Positions 22,701-31,719 of a stretch of DNA of 64,000 bases are shown here, piece by piece. Both the position numbers and the translations under genes were made by a program. The notes below the pieces were generated by a model. It saw only the letters and a program-made list of their open reading frames with translations, was not told the DNA's origin and did no database searches. The number at the start of each line of letters is the position of its first letter. The stretch's first letter is position 1. This DNA comes from an uncultured Gemmatimonadales bacterium (GTDB lineage: Bacteria; Gemmatimonadota; Gemmatimonadetes; Gemmatimonadales; GWC2-71-9). The stretch is taken from positions 160,001 to 224,000 of the forward strand of contig CAVSQW010000006.1 in NCBI GenBank assembly GCA_963730185.1, read 5' to 3'.

Positions 22701-23205
22701 CGGCGGAGTCGGTCGGCAGGCCGAGAAAGCCCCATTCCGCCACGATCCAATCGAGCCGGTCGAGATGCTGGCGGAGCGACACCAGGGAGTTGTCGTCCCA
22801 GTTGACGTAGAAGCCGGCGACGATCGGGTCGTCGGCGGGACGGGCCGCGAGGGCCGAGTCGGCCCGCGGGCCACGCCGCCCGACCGGCATCTCGACATAC
22901 CGCTTCGACGGCACGGCCGGATGGCGGCGCAGCTGCTCGAAGAGCCGCTGCCTGGCGAGCCGCTGTTCCCGCTCCCGGCGAGGCGAAAGCGTTCGGGTCG
23001 GCGCCACCCGCGCCCTCCGGTCGGGGACGGGATCGGTGGTTGGCCGACCGAGGTCGAGCGACGGCAGGAGGGGGGGAACGAGGAGGGTCCCGGCCAGGAC
23101 CAGCAGCATGGCGGTGGTCAGGATCCCAACCACCAGGGCGCCGGTCCGAAGCCGGCGCCAACGCCGCCCGGACGGGTCGTGGAACACGGGCGCGGAGCGG
23201 TTCAT
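19732..23205 (-). CDS. GH18-like / polysaccharide deacetylase / GT2 glycosyltransferase fusion
   Basis: LDFE and WRLGSED (GH18-like); TFDDGP, GNHTFTH, LLHDGGG (NodB/CE4); DDGS, DADT, AED, QRFRW (processive GT2). Confidence 0.9.
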   Translation of the reverse strand: MNRSAPVFHDPSGRRWRRLRTGALVVGILTTAMLLVLAGTLLVPPLLPSLDLGRPTTDPVPDRRARVAPTRTLSPRREREQRLARQRLFEQLRRHPAVPSKRYVEMPVGRRGPRADSALAARPADDPIVAGFYVNWDDNSLVSLRQHLDRLDWIVAEWGFLGLPTDSAGPIAFRIDRRVLATVAQAAEAPQILLMITNASGGEFDPARLRPLLTQPAVRARVIDSIAAILARENLAGVTLDFERVPSRLQPALLAFVRQLKARLSAAGRLVTQAIPAGDPSWPIEAYARIVDRVFLMLYDENDGSGDPGPIASRDWFRYELARTVARIPPGKIILGIGQYGYRWDENQPVADQLDFQETVQAARDHDLLPALDSVAGNEYFAWTDADSTDHIVWYLDAVTAYNEIRTATNFGVGGLAVWRLGSEDPSLWSVLGRQGLTRAPDSLAVIRVSYDVDFQGVGEILDLAATPTVGSRTITVDPKTGLIGRSQVRTLPSTYVLRRYGHRPHQVALTFDDGPDGRYTGPILDTLRSRGVPATFFIIGINAESHPELIRREFREGHEIGNHTFTHPNLALASRLTTRLELTATGRLLEALIDRRTTLFRAPYFGDAEPTTADELIPITEAKELGYITVGLHVDPGDWETPGADTIVRRALDQLDRGNVVLLHDGGGVRSQTVAALGTLIDSVRARGDSFVTVSALAGLTRDQVMLPLPPGGRLQRFVELGSFSLFGGIDLALRLVFLVAVVLGLGRLAFLVALAAVQRYRRPRRAVGSVPTSVSVIIPAFREEKVIVRTVQSILDQQQPGLEILVVDDGSPDQTFDTAREAFAHRPEVRVFRKPNGGKASALNYGLARATGEVVVALDADTLFAPHTIGALLEPLADPKVGAVAGNAKVGNRINLVTRWQAIEYITSQNVDRRAFSLLNCITVVPGAVGAWRRELVVAVGGFSDDTLAEDQDLTLSLLERGWRIAYADRAVAYTEAPDTLRTLSRQRFRWSFGTLQCAWKHRRTLLRPRFGTLGMVALPNVWIFQLLFPFISPVADLLFLWSLVAVYLNAVQHSAEYALQSLEQVVFFYTAFLLIDWLAAVIALVMEPGEERWLSWLVLLQRFAYRQVMYWVVVRSAIAALQGRVVGWGKLERKSTVADIGADRPGPAVSPLDS

Positions 23206-23358
23206 CGGTCCCACTTGCTCTCGAATCGGCTCACGCCGTGCTGCCCTCAATATGACGTCACGCCGGTACGTAGTGCGTCCGGCAGATCCGGATACCTGCC
23301 CCAAAGATAGTGGACATCCAACCAGCCGGCGGAGGTTTGGCGGCCTTCCGCGGCGATA

Positions 23359-23796
23359 TCAGGCGCCGCCTCCGAGCCGTTCTCGGTCTTCGTCCTCGAT
23401 AAGTTCGGCCTCGACGGGATCCCCACCGCGGCGGGGGAGTGCCCACCTTTCAGCGCCTCTGGCCAGGGCCAGCGAACCGGCGGCGCAGACCGCGCTCGCC
23501 AGCGTGAGCGCGGGACCGAACAACAGGAACTCTCTCCACCAGCTCTCCCCTCGAACGGCCGCGGCGGCGACGACGATCCCGGACAGCAGAAGGCCGCTTA
23601 CGGCGCCCCACCCCGCGAAGCGCGAAAGCGACATGCGGTCAAAGCTGCGACGGCCCTCGATAGCCACGAGGACCCCGGAGAAGATGATGCCGGTCACAAA
23701 GCCGAGCGGCGCAAACAAGAGTGCAAACGGGAACCTGAATCCTCGCTTCCCACAGCGGTGTCTCGGGGGCGGCGGTCTCGGCCGCCTGCTCGCCAT
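23359..23796 (-). pseudogene. Membrane protein, probably 5'-truncated or chimeric
   Basis: Three hydrophobic segments preceded by a non-protein-like Pro/Arg-rich N-terminus; lies at the island edge. Confidence 0.45.
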
Positions 23797-23948
23797 AATG
23801 GTAGCGGTTCAGGTCGGGCGACTAGGGAGACCCCTCGCCCTCGGCCGGATCTTTTGACAATTGCTTACGGGAAGGTGACGCCTACGAAGGGCGGGAAGGC
23901 TCCCGGAACACCCGTCAGACCCCGGGTGATCGCGACCGACCAGTTCGC

Positions 23949-24034
23949 TGCTACCAGCGGGCCGACGAGGACACCGAGGAAGGGATCACTGGGGCGGCAG
24001 GCCTCGAACCTGCAACCTCCCGGTTAACAGCCGG
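23949..24034. repeat. Distal att site: duplicate of the tRNA-Asn 3' half plus about 40 bp of flank
   Basis: Near-identical to 42275-42360 (tgctaccagcgggccgacgaggacac...cactggggcggcaggcctcgaacctgcaacctcccggttaacagccgg). Confidence 0.92.
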
Positions 24035-24134
24035 TCCGACCGGGCCGGCGAATCCCCGAAGAAATCGGTAAACCATTGATGGCTCTAGCAATCCGCCGAG
24101 GCGGGCCATCGGGGAAATCGGACCAAAACGACTT

Positions 24135-24158
24135 CAACGGACACACCAACGGACACAC
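24135..24158. repeat. 12-bp tandem repeat CAACGGACACAC x2, possible integrase arm-type sites
   Basis: Exact duplication about 100 bp inside the distal att repeat. Confidence 0.55.
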
Positions 24159-24307
24159 CCCGATGGCCGTGGTTCGTTACCCGTTCTCGGCGTCGGTAGC
24201 CGCTGCTCGGGGTGATCCTGGATCGAGCTGAGGCATCCGCCTTTTCTTGGCTATTCGGCCGCCTCCACCCCTCACTACCTTTGGCCGACGCGACCATCGA
24301 GCCAGCC

Positions 24308-25306
24308 GTGCCGCCCAAACCGAAGCTCCTGCAGACCCTGCGGTCCAATCTTCGCCTCCGGCATTTCAGCCCTCGGACCGAAGCCACCTACGCGGACTGG
24401 GTTCGCCGTTACGTGCGGTTCCATCGCCTCCGTCATCCCAGCGACATGGGAGAGGAGGAGATCCGGCAATTTCTGATCTACCTCGCCCGGGACCGAAAGC
24501 TCGCGCCGAGCACGCCCAATCAGGCTACGGCGGCGATCGTGTTCCTCTATCGGGAAGTGCTTCGCCGCCCTCCTGGGGACTTCGGCCCGATCCTTCGGCC
24601 TCGAACGCCAGTCCGGATCCCGGTCGTGCTGACCCAGGCCGAGGTGCGCCAAGTCGTTGGGTGTCTCGCCGGTACGCCCCGGTTGATCGCCATGATGCTG
24701 TACGGCAGCGGCCTCCGCTTGGGAGAGTGTCTTGCCCTCCGGATCAAGGACCTCGACCTGGCAAGGGGCGAAATCCGCATCCGTGAGGGGAAAGGGTGCC
24801 AAAGATCGGATCACCGTGCTCCCAGCCCGCCTCCGCGAACCCGTGGCGAGCCAGATGGAGCACGTCCGCCAATTGCACGAGGCAGATCGGGCTCACACGA
24901 TCCCAGCGGGGGCTGGGTCGAGCTGCCCGGTGCGCTCGGCCGGAAGTATCCAAATGCGGGACGAACCCTGCCCTGGCAGTGGCTCTTCCCGGCGACCCGG
25001 AGATACCGGGACGCGATCACCGGCCAGATCCGGCGGCACCATTTCCACGCGACGGCGATGCAGCGGGCTATGGCCACGGCCGTGGCGAAGAGCGGCATCA
25101 CCAAGCGAGCCAGCTGTCACACCCTCCGCCACTCGTTCGCGACCCACCTGCTCGAAACGGGCTCGGACATCCGAACGGTGCAGGAACTGCTGGGGCATCG
25201 AGACGTGTCGACCACAATGCTGTACACCCATGTGCTCAACAAGGGTGGACTGGGCGTGAGGAGCCCGGCGGACCGGGGAGGGTTTGACGACCTTCTGCAG
25301 GGATAG
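24308..25306 (+). CDS. intI: Integron integrase IntI (two compensating frameshifts at about 24795 and 24897)
   Basis: [32 protein letters not shown] (alternate frame), IntI patch [51 protein letters not shown]. Start uncertain (24212 or 24308). Confidence 0.95.
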   Translation: MPPKPKLLQTLRSNLRLRHFSPRTEATYADWVRRYVRFHRLRHPSDMGEEEIRQFLIYLARDRKLAPSTPNQATAAIVFLYREVLRRPPGDFGPILRPRTPVRIPVVLTQAEVRQVVGCLAGTPRLIAMMLYGSGLRLGECLALRIKDLDLARGEIRIREGKGCQRSDHRAPSPPPRTRGEPDGARPPIARGRSGSHDPSGGWVELPGALGRKYPNAGRTLPWQWLFPATRRYRDAITGQIRRHHFHATAMQRAMATAVAKSGITKRASCHTLRHSFATHLLETGSDIRTVQELLGHRDVSTTMLYTHVLNKGGLGVRSPADRGGFDDLLQG

Positions 25307-25309
25307 CGG

Positions 25310-25390
25310 ATTAGGCAGCGGGCTGCTAGGGTTTAAGCTGTTGGGCGGCAGGCGGGGGACGGGCCCTTGCAGGCCCAATACCTGTTATGC
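25310..25390 (+). other. Candidate attI at the 3' end of intI
   Basis: GCCCAAT-acct-GTTATGC (25373-25390). GTTATGC is the exact complement of the first attC R'' GCATAAC. Further core-like motifs ATTAGGC (25310) and GTTGGGC (25340). Confidence 0.65.
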
Positions 25391-25411
25391 CGCCGCCGCG
25401 GAGTCGTCTGA

Positions 25412-26038
25412 ATGCGAACCTACGCAAGTATGAGTTCCGCCCTGGCGGACGCGCATGGTCTCTTGTGGGCCGACGTCGCCCTCCTCCACCAGCGTTGGAC
25501 GACCTTCAAACGGCTCTATACTGACCAGCCAACCGTCGACCTGCTGAACTGGGCTGCTGGCGGGTTCTTCCAGCTTCTCCAACGCGTCTTCTTGGACGAT
25601 CTGTTGCTCGGCATCGCTCGGCTGGCTGACCCACCGGAGACGAAACAGCAGACGAATCTCGTCCTACGGAGTCTTCTCGTCCGTCTACCCGACGATCAAT
25701 CGGATTTGTTCGGCGAGTTGTCCGAAAAGATCGAGACCTTCGAGGCCAAGGCCGCGTTTGCGCGCCCCGTGCGCAACAAACGCCTCGCTCATAGGGACGA
25801 AGGCATCGCAAGCGGAGCGAGTGATCGGCTCAACTATCGATACACGAACGAGGACATCGATGGAGCGCTGGGCGCCGCAGCCGACATTCTGAATCACCTA
25901 GACCTGGCGTTCGAGGGCCGGACGACGATGTTTGCGGAGTTCATCCATACCAAGGGCGCCGATGTCCTCCTGCGACGGCTCCAGGCGGCGAAGGATGCGA
26001 ACGACGAGTACTTCCGGGACCTCCGGGCAGAGAGCTAG
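25412..26038 (+). CDS. Cassette 1: HEPN (AbiU2-like) domain protein
   Basis: LLN..AGGFF..LQ..LLLGIARLADP and HEPN motif RNKRLAH. Confidence 0.72.
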   Translation: MRTYASMSSALADAHGLLWADVALLHQRWTTFKRLYTDQPTVDLLNWAAGGFFQLLQRVFLDDLLLGIARLADPPETKQQTNLVLRSLLVRLPDDQSDLFGELSEKIETFEAKAAFARPVRNKRLAHRDEGIASGASDRLNYRYTNEDIDGALGAAADILNHLDLAFEGRTTMFAEFIHTKGADVLLRRLQAAKDANDEYFRDLRAES

Positions 26039-26049
26039 TCGGGGCGTCG

Positions 26050-26185
26050 GCATAACAAGATGTTGCAGCGGACCGGCGCCCGGGCTCCGCTTCCCAAGGT
26101 GCGGCCGCGGCTCCATGTTACTTCGAGGCCGCCGCGGCCGCTCGGTTCCGCTGGGCGCCGGCCGCTGAACATCCGACCGTTATAC
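26050..26185 (+). repeat. attC 1
   Basis: R'' GCATAAC...R' GTTATAC; arms tgttgcagcggaccggcgccc / gggcgccggccgctgaaca. Confidence 0.9.
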
Positions 26186-26225
26186 AGCACACACGCTTCT
26201 ACGATTGTGGAGGGTCGTGCTTGCA

Positions 26226-26788
26226 TGGAAATGGCGTATCGAGAGCGGTGGCAGGCGGAGATTGCGGCGATGCGCCGCGTACTTGCCGGCTTTGCCATGA
26301 AGGAGGAGTGTAAGTGGGGGAAGCCCACCTACACCGTGGATACAAAGAACATCGTCATTCTTCAGGGCTTCAAAGAGTATTTTGCGCTGGGCTTCTTTCG
26401 AGGTGCTTTACTGAAGGATCCGAAGAAAGTGCTCGTGCAGCTCGGTCAGACGCATGCCGCGCGCGTGATGAAGTTCACCAGCGCGAAGGAGATCACAGCG
26501 AAGGCGGCGACCATCAAGAGCTACGTGCGCGAGGCCATCGCAGTCGAGAAGACCGGGCTGCGGATGAAGCCGAAGCGGACCTCAGACTATCCGGTTCCCG
26601 ACGAGCTAAGCGAGCGTTTCCGAAGAGACCCGCGTTTCAAGCGCGCCTTCGAGGCGCTGACGCCGGGACGGCAGCGGAGTTATCTGTACCACTTCGCGGG
26701 GGCCAAGCAGTCGGCGACGCGGACCGCGCGAATCGACAAGGCGATGCCCGCGATATTCGAAGGCCGGGGGTTCCTGGAGAGACGCTGA
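26226..26788 (+). CDS. Cassette 2: YdeI/OmpD-associated (DUF1801 + OmdA) protein
   Basis: EECKWGKPTY, FKEYFALGFFRGALLKDP, AFEALTPGRQRSY, AKQSATR. Confidence 0.88.
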
Positions 26789-26859
26789 ATGAAGTGGCCG
26801 TTCATGGCGAGCATCAGAACGGTGATCAAGTCTCTCCGGTCAGCCTCTATCCGCGTGCT

Positions 26860-26953
26860 GTATAACGGTCGTTGCAGTTGACAAGCGATCAAGGGATTGC
26901 TCGCTTCGATCGCTTTTATTTGCCTCGCTTGCAACTGAACTTGGGCGTTAGGC
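26860..26953 (+). repeat. attC 2
   Basis: R'' GTATAAC (complements the preceding GTTATAC)...R' GTTAGGC; arms gttgcagttgacaagcga / tcgcttgcaactgaac. Confidence 0.9.
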
Positions 26954-27065
26954 GGGCCGGTGCGCGGTCTGGCTTATGGAGGGATTCGCTATGGCGCTCC
27001 CGGTTTGCGAAGGTACCACACGCACGCACGGTCACACACGGCAGCCATGTTCCCAGGGACCTGTC

Positions 27066-27557
27066 ATGACGTTCGTCTGGGTTCTTGGCCTCAGCATCCT
27101 GGCAACGCGGCTCAGCGCGCAGACGTCCGCCGACACGACCGCCATTCGCCAGATTGTGGAAGACGAGATCACGGCTTGGGATCAGGGAGACGCGACCGCC
27201 TACTCGCGTCACTTCGCGGCGAACGGCACGTTCACCAACATTCAAGGTGAGTCCTTCACGGGCTATGCGGGATTTCTGCGGCAGCACGAGATGATCTTCG
27301 AAAGCCTCTTCAAGCACACAAAGTTACAGCAGGATATCGTATCGCTCCGTTTCATCACTCCCGATGTCGCCGTAGTTGATGTGTTGACCGCGGTCACGGG
27401 TGTGGCGCGGCCACCGCCACGGATGACGCTCGATGGGCAAGGGCGACTGCGGACGCGCCTGCTGCAGGTCGTCGCGAGGCAGGCTGGGGAGTGGAAGATC
27501 GTCGCCTATCATAATGTGGACCTGAAGCCTGGGGTCCCGGTCCCGGCGCCACGATAA
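27066..27557 (+). CDS. Cassette 3: secreted NTF2-like (SgcJ/EcaC, DUF4440) protein
   Basis: Signal peptide, AWDQGDA, FTNIQG, RFITPDVAVV, WKIVAYHN. Confidence 0.8.
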   Translation: MTFVWVLGLSILATRLSAQTSADTTAIRQIVEDEITAWDQGDATAYSRHFAANGTFTNIQGESFTGYAGFLRQHEMIFESLFKHTKLQQDIVSLRFITPDVAVVDVLTAVTGVARPPPRMTLDGQGRLRTRLLQVVARQAGEWKIVAYHNVDLKPGVPVPAPR

Positions 27558-27592
27558 TGGCGACCCACGAGTGGGCGGGGCTGCGCTTGGTT

Positions 27593-28889
27593 GAGCAACC
27601 GGGGACATAGGTAACAGAGTTGTCCGGCAACATAGGTAACACTTTGGGCTACCCGCGAATGATGTAATCCCGCTCGTCCAGCTTGGCGAGGAGGATGGTG
27701 TTGAAGTAGATCGCCCAGATGCCGTCGTCCACTTCCTCGAAGCCCACCAAGTGGCCTTTCAGGGGGTTCGAGAGAAACAGCAGCCGGTGCTGGAACCGAA
27801 ACGTCCCGGCCCGCGTGATCCGCTTCACCAGGTAGTGACCGGGATACACCTGCGGCGGGAGCACGCGGGGATAGGGACGCGCCGACGGTTGATAGCGGGA
27901 TGCGGGCGTCGCGCCGCCCAGGGTCGCATGGGGCCGCTCCTCGTTGTACTCCGCCCGGAACCGGTTGAAGGCCCGCTGCTGGCTGGCCGCGTCCCGCCGC
28001 GGCGGCCGGATCGCGGCCCGCTTCAGCGTCCGGTGCATCCGCTCATGCGCCCCGTTCTGCTGGGGCCGGCCCGGATGAATGCGCTGGTGGTGAATGGCCA
28101 ACCGCCACCACCAGACGTTGAGCGTGGTCAGCCCGTGCAAGCCTCCGCTGGCAAGGGGATCCCGTTGTCCGTCCGGATCGCCGTCGGCAACCGTACGTCC
28201 GGAACGCGCGTTCGAAGACCCCGCGTGCGCCCACGGTCTTGGTCGAGGGCAGCCCGTGGCAGGTCAGGAGGAACCGGGTGTGCTGATCGGCGATCGTCAG
28301 CGGGTGGCAGTACACCCCGTCGCCCGTCGGGAACTGTCCCTTGAAGTCCGCCGTCCAGAGGTCGTTGGGCGCCGTCGTGGTCGGGGGCACCGCACCCGGA
28401 TGCTGGTGGGGCCGGCGTCGGCGCCGCCGGGTGAGTAGTTGATGAGGGCCCAGCAAGTCGTTGACGGTGCTGACCGCCGGCCAGGCGGTGTCCGGGTGCC
28501 GCGGCGCGAGGTAGTCCAGGAGTTTCCCCGCGCCCCAGTCGGGATGCCGCCGCCGCGCCTGGACCAGCAGCTCGGCCAACGCGCCGTCGATGCGATGCGG
28601 GCAATGGTGCGAGGCCCGGCTCTGGTCCCGCAGGCCCCGGCGCCCACCCTCGGCGAACCGGATCAGCCACTTGTAGCCGGTCTTGCGGCCCACCCCGTAG
28701 CGATCGCAGAGATCGGTCATGCGGTAGAGGCCGCGCTGGTAGTCCACAATGAAATCCGTCCGCTGGTCCATGCGGTCGGTCTCCAACCAGGGCATCGGTC
28801 GTGCTCCCTCACAGGGTCGACCGTGCAGTTTAGAAGGAGTGTCACCCATGTTCCCGGACAGATCTGTTACCTATCTACCCGGTTTGTAC
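27593..28889 (-). mobile_element. IS481-family insertion sequence
   Basis: About 50-bp imperfect terminal IRs with repeated ATAGGTAACA-like motifs; inserted between the cassette 3 gene and its attC. Confidence 0.88.
27649..28795 (-). pseudogene. IS481-family transposase (frameshifted)
   Basis: MPW..RKTGYKWL, WTADFKG, IRTDNG, QNGAHERMHRTLK, YNEERPH split over three frames. Confidence 0.9.
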
Positions 28890-28898
28890 CGGTGGGCC

Positions 28899-29039
28899 GC
28901 CTAACAAGCGCTTAAAGCTGTCCAGCGCCCTCAGCCTCGGCCTCCTTGCGGCGGGCCCCTGGCGGTGCATACTCAGAGGAAGTCAGACAATTCGCTGCGG
29001 GCGAGGAGTCGCTGGCAGCTTAAGCGCAGGCCGTTAGGC
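28899..29039 (+). repeat. attC 3
   Basis: R'' GCCTAAC...R' GTTAGGC; arms gcgcttaaagctgtccagcg / cgctggcagcttaagcgc. Confidence 0.9.
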
Positions 29040-29076
29040 CGGTCTGAAGCAACTCTCGACATCGTGGAGGTACGAC

Positions 29077-29640
29077 GTGGCGAATCTAGTCTGCGAGCTG
29101 ATCGTCACCCTCGACGGCCTGGCCCGGGGGACGCGGTCGCCAGGCTACTACGGGTACGCCGGCCCCGAGTTCATGGCGTGGATCCAGTCGAACGGGGCCG
29201 CTCCTCATCGCATGCTCGTCGGACGCCGGACCTACGAGATGCTGAACGGGCTGCCCGAGGACGCGGGCGACGAGGGGTGGCGGTCCATGGTGACGACGCC
29301 CGGGTGGCTCTTCTCGCGCACGCTGGATGCGGCCGAGTGGCCAGAGGTCAAGCTCGTCCATGACGACGCGGTGGCGTTTGTGCGCGAGGCGAAAGGGCGT
29401 CCTGGTCCCGAGTTGCGGACGCTCGGTAGCGTGTCGCTAGTACAGCAGCTGCTCGCGGCGGGTCTCGTCGACTGTCTGAAGCTCGTCGTCTGCCCCCTCG
29501 TCCTGCCGGACACCGGCACGGAGCCGGTGTTTCGACACGTGCCGGATGTCGGTTTTGACCTCGTCACGAGCAGGACGCTCGATGGCCGCGTCTTGCTTCT
29601 GGAATACCGTCCCACTGGCGCGCCACCTTACGCTACGTGA
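29077..29640 (+). CDS. Cassette 4: RibD C-terminal / DHFR-fold protein
   Basis: TLDG, GRRTY, FSRTL, GSVSLVQQLLAAGLVD. Confidence 0.85.
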   Translation: MANLVCELIVTLDGLARGTRSPGYYGYAGPEFMAWIQSNGAAPHRMLVGRRTYEMLNGLPEDAGDEGWRSMVTTPGWLFSRTLDAAEWPEVKLVHDDAVAFVREAKGRPGPELRTLGSVSLVQQLLAAGLVDCLKLVVCPLVLPDTGTEPVFRHVPDVGFDLVTSRTLDGRVLLLEYRPTGAPPYAT

Positions 29641-29717
29641 GCGGTGGTCCCATCGCATCGGTACCGATCGCGAATGCACCGCGGCCTAACGAATCGTCGA
29701 AGCTGACGAAGGCGTCT

Positions 29718-30786
29718 GGCATCAAGGGTGAAGGGCAACAATGGACGTCATCGGACATAGCACTCCTCCGGGGTGCGAAACCCCAATCGATGGCGAGGTC
29801 GGCGGTTCAGGCGGGCCGCGATGGCGGTACAGGTGCGTTGCGTGAGCCCCTTCATGCTGGCGCCCCGGGGGAGATACTGGCGGACCAGCCCGTTGGTGTT
29901 TTCGTTCGTGCCCCGGACCCAGGCGTGGTACGGCGGCGCAAAGTAGAACCGGGCCCCGGTGGCCGCCTCCAGGGCCGGGTACCCATCGAGTTCCGACCCA
30001 TTGTCCGCCGTGATCGTCCAGACCGGGCGGGACGACCGCCGGAGCAGTTGCCGAACCCGCCGATTCAGGGCCGCCGAGGTGCGCGCGGGGAGTTTGCCGA
30101 GGAGGCGGTAGCCGGTCTTGCGCTCGACCAGCGTCACGACGCAGTCCGGGCTTCCGTGCCCTAGCACGGTATCGATCTCCCAGTCGCCGACCCGGCGCCG
30201 GTCCGCCACGATGGCCGGCCGGTCTCGCAGGAGGCGTTTGCGCGGCATCCGCCCGCGCGGATCATGATACCGGCCCCGTTTGAGGCGGGGCCGCTGGCGC
30301 CCGCGGAGGTGGCGGTACAACGCGCCGCCGGCGAACTTGTCCGCCCAGATGTAGCGGTAGATCCTCTCGTGGCTGATGGCCACCGGGCCTGTCCGGTGCA
30401 GGTGCCCGGCCACCTGCGCCGGGCTCCACTGGCGCTCGAGGAGGCCTCGGACGAGGCGCTCCGCCGGGGCGAAGTGCGACCGCCGACTCGCGGCCCCCCG
30501 CCGCCGCGCCGCCTGCTCCTGGGCGGCCTCGGGCTGATAGCTCCCACCCCGCCCCCCATTCCGACGCAGCTCCCGGAGGATCGTACTCCGGTGCCGGCCT
30601 ACGTGGCGGGCAATCGCAGCCGGGCATTCGCCGACCGCCACCAACCCGCCGATCCGATATCTTTCCACCCAGGCGATCTGGTGGTACCTCATAGTAGACT
30701 TCCCTCTCTTGGCAGAGAATCGAAGCCTACGGTATCCCGGGTCACCTTTCCATAACGACTCGGTGTTGCACTTAGAATATGAAACC
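29718..30786 (-). mobile_element. IS30-family insertion sequence
   Basis: Imperfect IRs ggcatcaagggtgaagggcaaca / tgttgcacttagaatatgaaacc flank the transposase. Confidence 0.85.
29748..30692 (-). CDS. IS30-family transposase
   Basis: RHRSTILRELRRN, WSPAQV, GDWEIDT, TADNGSE, RGTNENTNGLVRQYLP, LNRRPR. Confidence 0.93.
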   Translation of the reverse strand: MRYHQIAWVERYRIGGLVAVGECPAAIARHVGRHRSTILRELRRNGGRGGSYQPEAAQEQAARRRGAASRRSHFAPAERLVRGLLERQWSPAQVAGHLHRTGPVAISHERIYRYIWADKFAGGALYRHLRGRQRPRLKRGRYHDPRGRMPRKRLLRDRPAIVADRRRVGDWEIDTVLGHGSPDCVVTLVERKTGYRLLGKLPARTSAALNRRVRQLLRRSSRPVWTITADNGSELDGYPALEAATGARFYFAPPYHAWVRGTNENTNGLVRQYLPRGASMKGLTQRTCTAIAARLNRRPRHRLGFRTPEECYVR

Positions 30787-30961
30787 AAGGCCCGGGGCTT
30801 CGCTTGCCAAGTCGCGGCCGCGCCCCGACGTTGGTTGGAGGATGGCGCAGCCGCTCAGTTCCAATGTGGCGCCCGCCAGTTAAGGCTAGAGCGTTGGGCT
30901 GCGAGGCCGAGTTCCTCGCCCCATCACTGCTCCCGGGACTCACGGCTAGCGCCCGCAACCG

Positions 30962-31435
30962 ATGCCGATCAAGCCGCCCCCTATACAATTCTCGTCGTGG
31001 GTCCGGTGGGGCGACCGACGGAGCCTCCGCCGTTCCGATGGTCCCTGGCTTGGTGTGTACCTCTGGGCGCGTTTCCGCAATGGGCCAGGCCGCTCTGGCC
31101 GACCCAATCCGGCACAGTTGCCGGTGGAGCTCATCTACGTGGGTGAGACGAAGCAGCTCGACCGGCGGCCGTTGGGCGGGCAGCACCACCGGCTGGCCCA
31201 CTACCGCGATACGTTTCCAGCCGACCAAGCATTCACCCAACTGTACGTCGCTGTCTTCCGAGTCCACCAGTTTCCAGGCGGCTATTCGACGCCGGCGGCA
31301 AAGCGGGTCTACCCCTCCCTCCGGGTCTACACTCAGTTCATTGAGTCCAAGCTCTACTGGGAATACACCCGACGCTGGGAGCGACCCCCGGCGCTCCATT
31401 ACAAGAAGGACCGCACCGGCGGAGGAGCGTCCTGA
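30962..31435 (+). CDS. Cassette 5: hypothetical protein, GIY-YIG-like
   Basis: GVY...IYVGET...R...H pattern; fills the interval between attC 4 and attC 5. Confidence 0.6.
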   Translation: MPIKPPPIQFSSWVRWGDRRSLRRSDGPWLGVYLWARFRNGPGRSGRPNPAQLPVELIYVGETKQLDRRPLGGQHHRLAHYRDTFPADQAFTQLYVAVFRVHQFPGGYSTPAAKRVYPSLRVYTQFIESKLYWEYTRRWERPPALHYKKDRTGGGAS

Positions 31436-31441
31436 CTCGCA

Positions 31442-31578
31442 GCCCAACCTGAGCTTGCACCGGACGGGCGCGACCCGCTCCATTGCCGGTGGCGCGGCCG
31501 CGCCCCATGTTTGTTGAACGTCGGCGCGGCCGCTTAGTCCCGAGCGGCGCCCGCCGGTGAAGCTCTACACGGTTAGGT
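31442..31578 (+). repeat. attC 5
   Basis: R'' GCCCAAC...R' GTTAGGT; arms gagcttgcaccggacgggcg / cgcccgccggtgaagctc. Confidence 0.9.
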
Positions 31579-31719
31579 GACGCTTGCGGGGAGGGAGCCT
31601 CCAAGAGCACATCTCTGAACTCTTCGTGCGTCAGCACACGACCTCAACGCGATCGACGAATGGACCCCACGCGGTGTTGCGCTGTCCCTTGCGTGGAGCG
31701 AGGGCAAACAGACAGAGAG

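Larger units (their letters stand above)
29684..30899 (+). repeat. attC 4, split by IS30
   Basis: R'' GCCTAAC at 29684; the distal half (30787-30899) resembles attC 9 and ends in R' GTTGGGC. Confidence 0.7.

Noticed and set aside
23989..24034. Second tRNA-Asn gene
   Set aside because: Lacks the D arm and the 5' acceptor strand; it is an att duplicate.
25340..25384. Empty mini-cassette between GTTGGGC and GTTATGC
   Set aside because: No attC hairpin follows GCCCAAT; better read as part of attI, though not excluded.
29077..29640. dfr trimethoprim-resistance cassette
   Set aside because: Motifs fit the RibD_C-like family rather than DfrA/DfrB.
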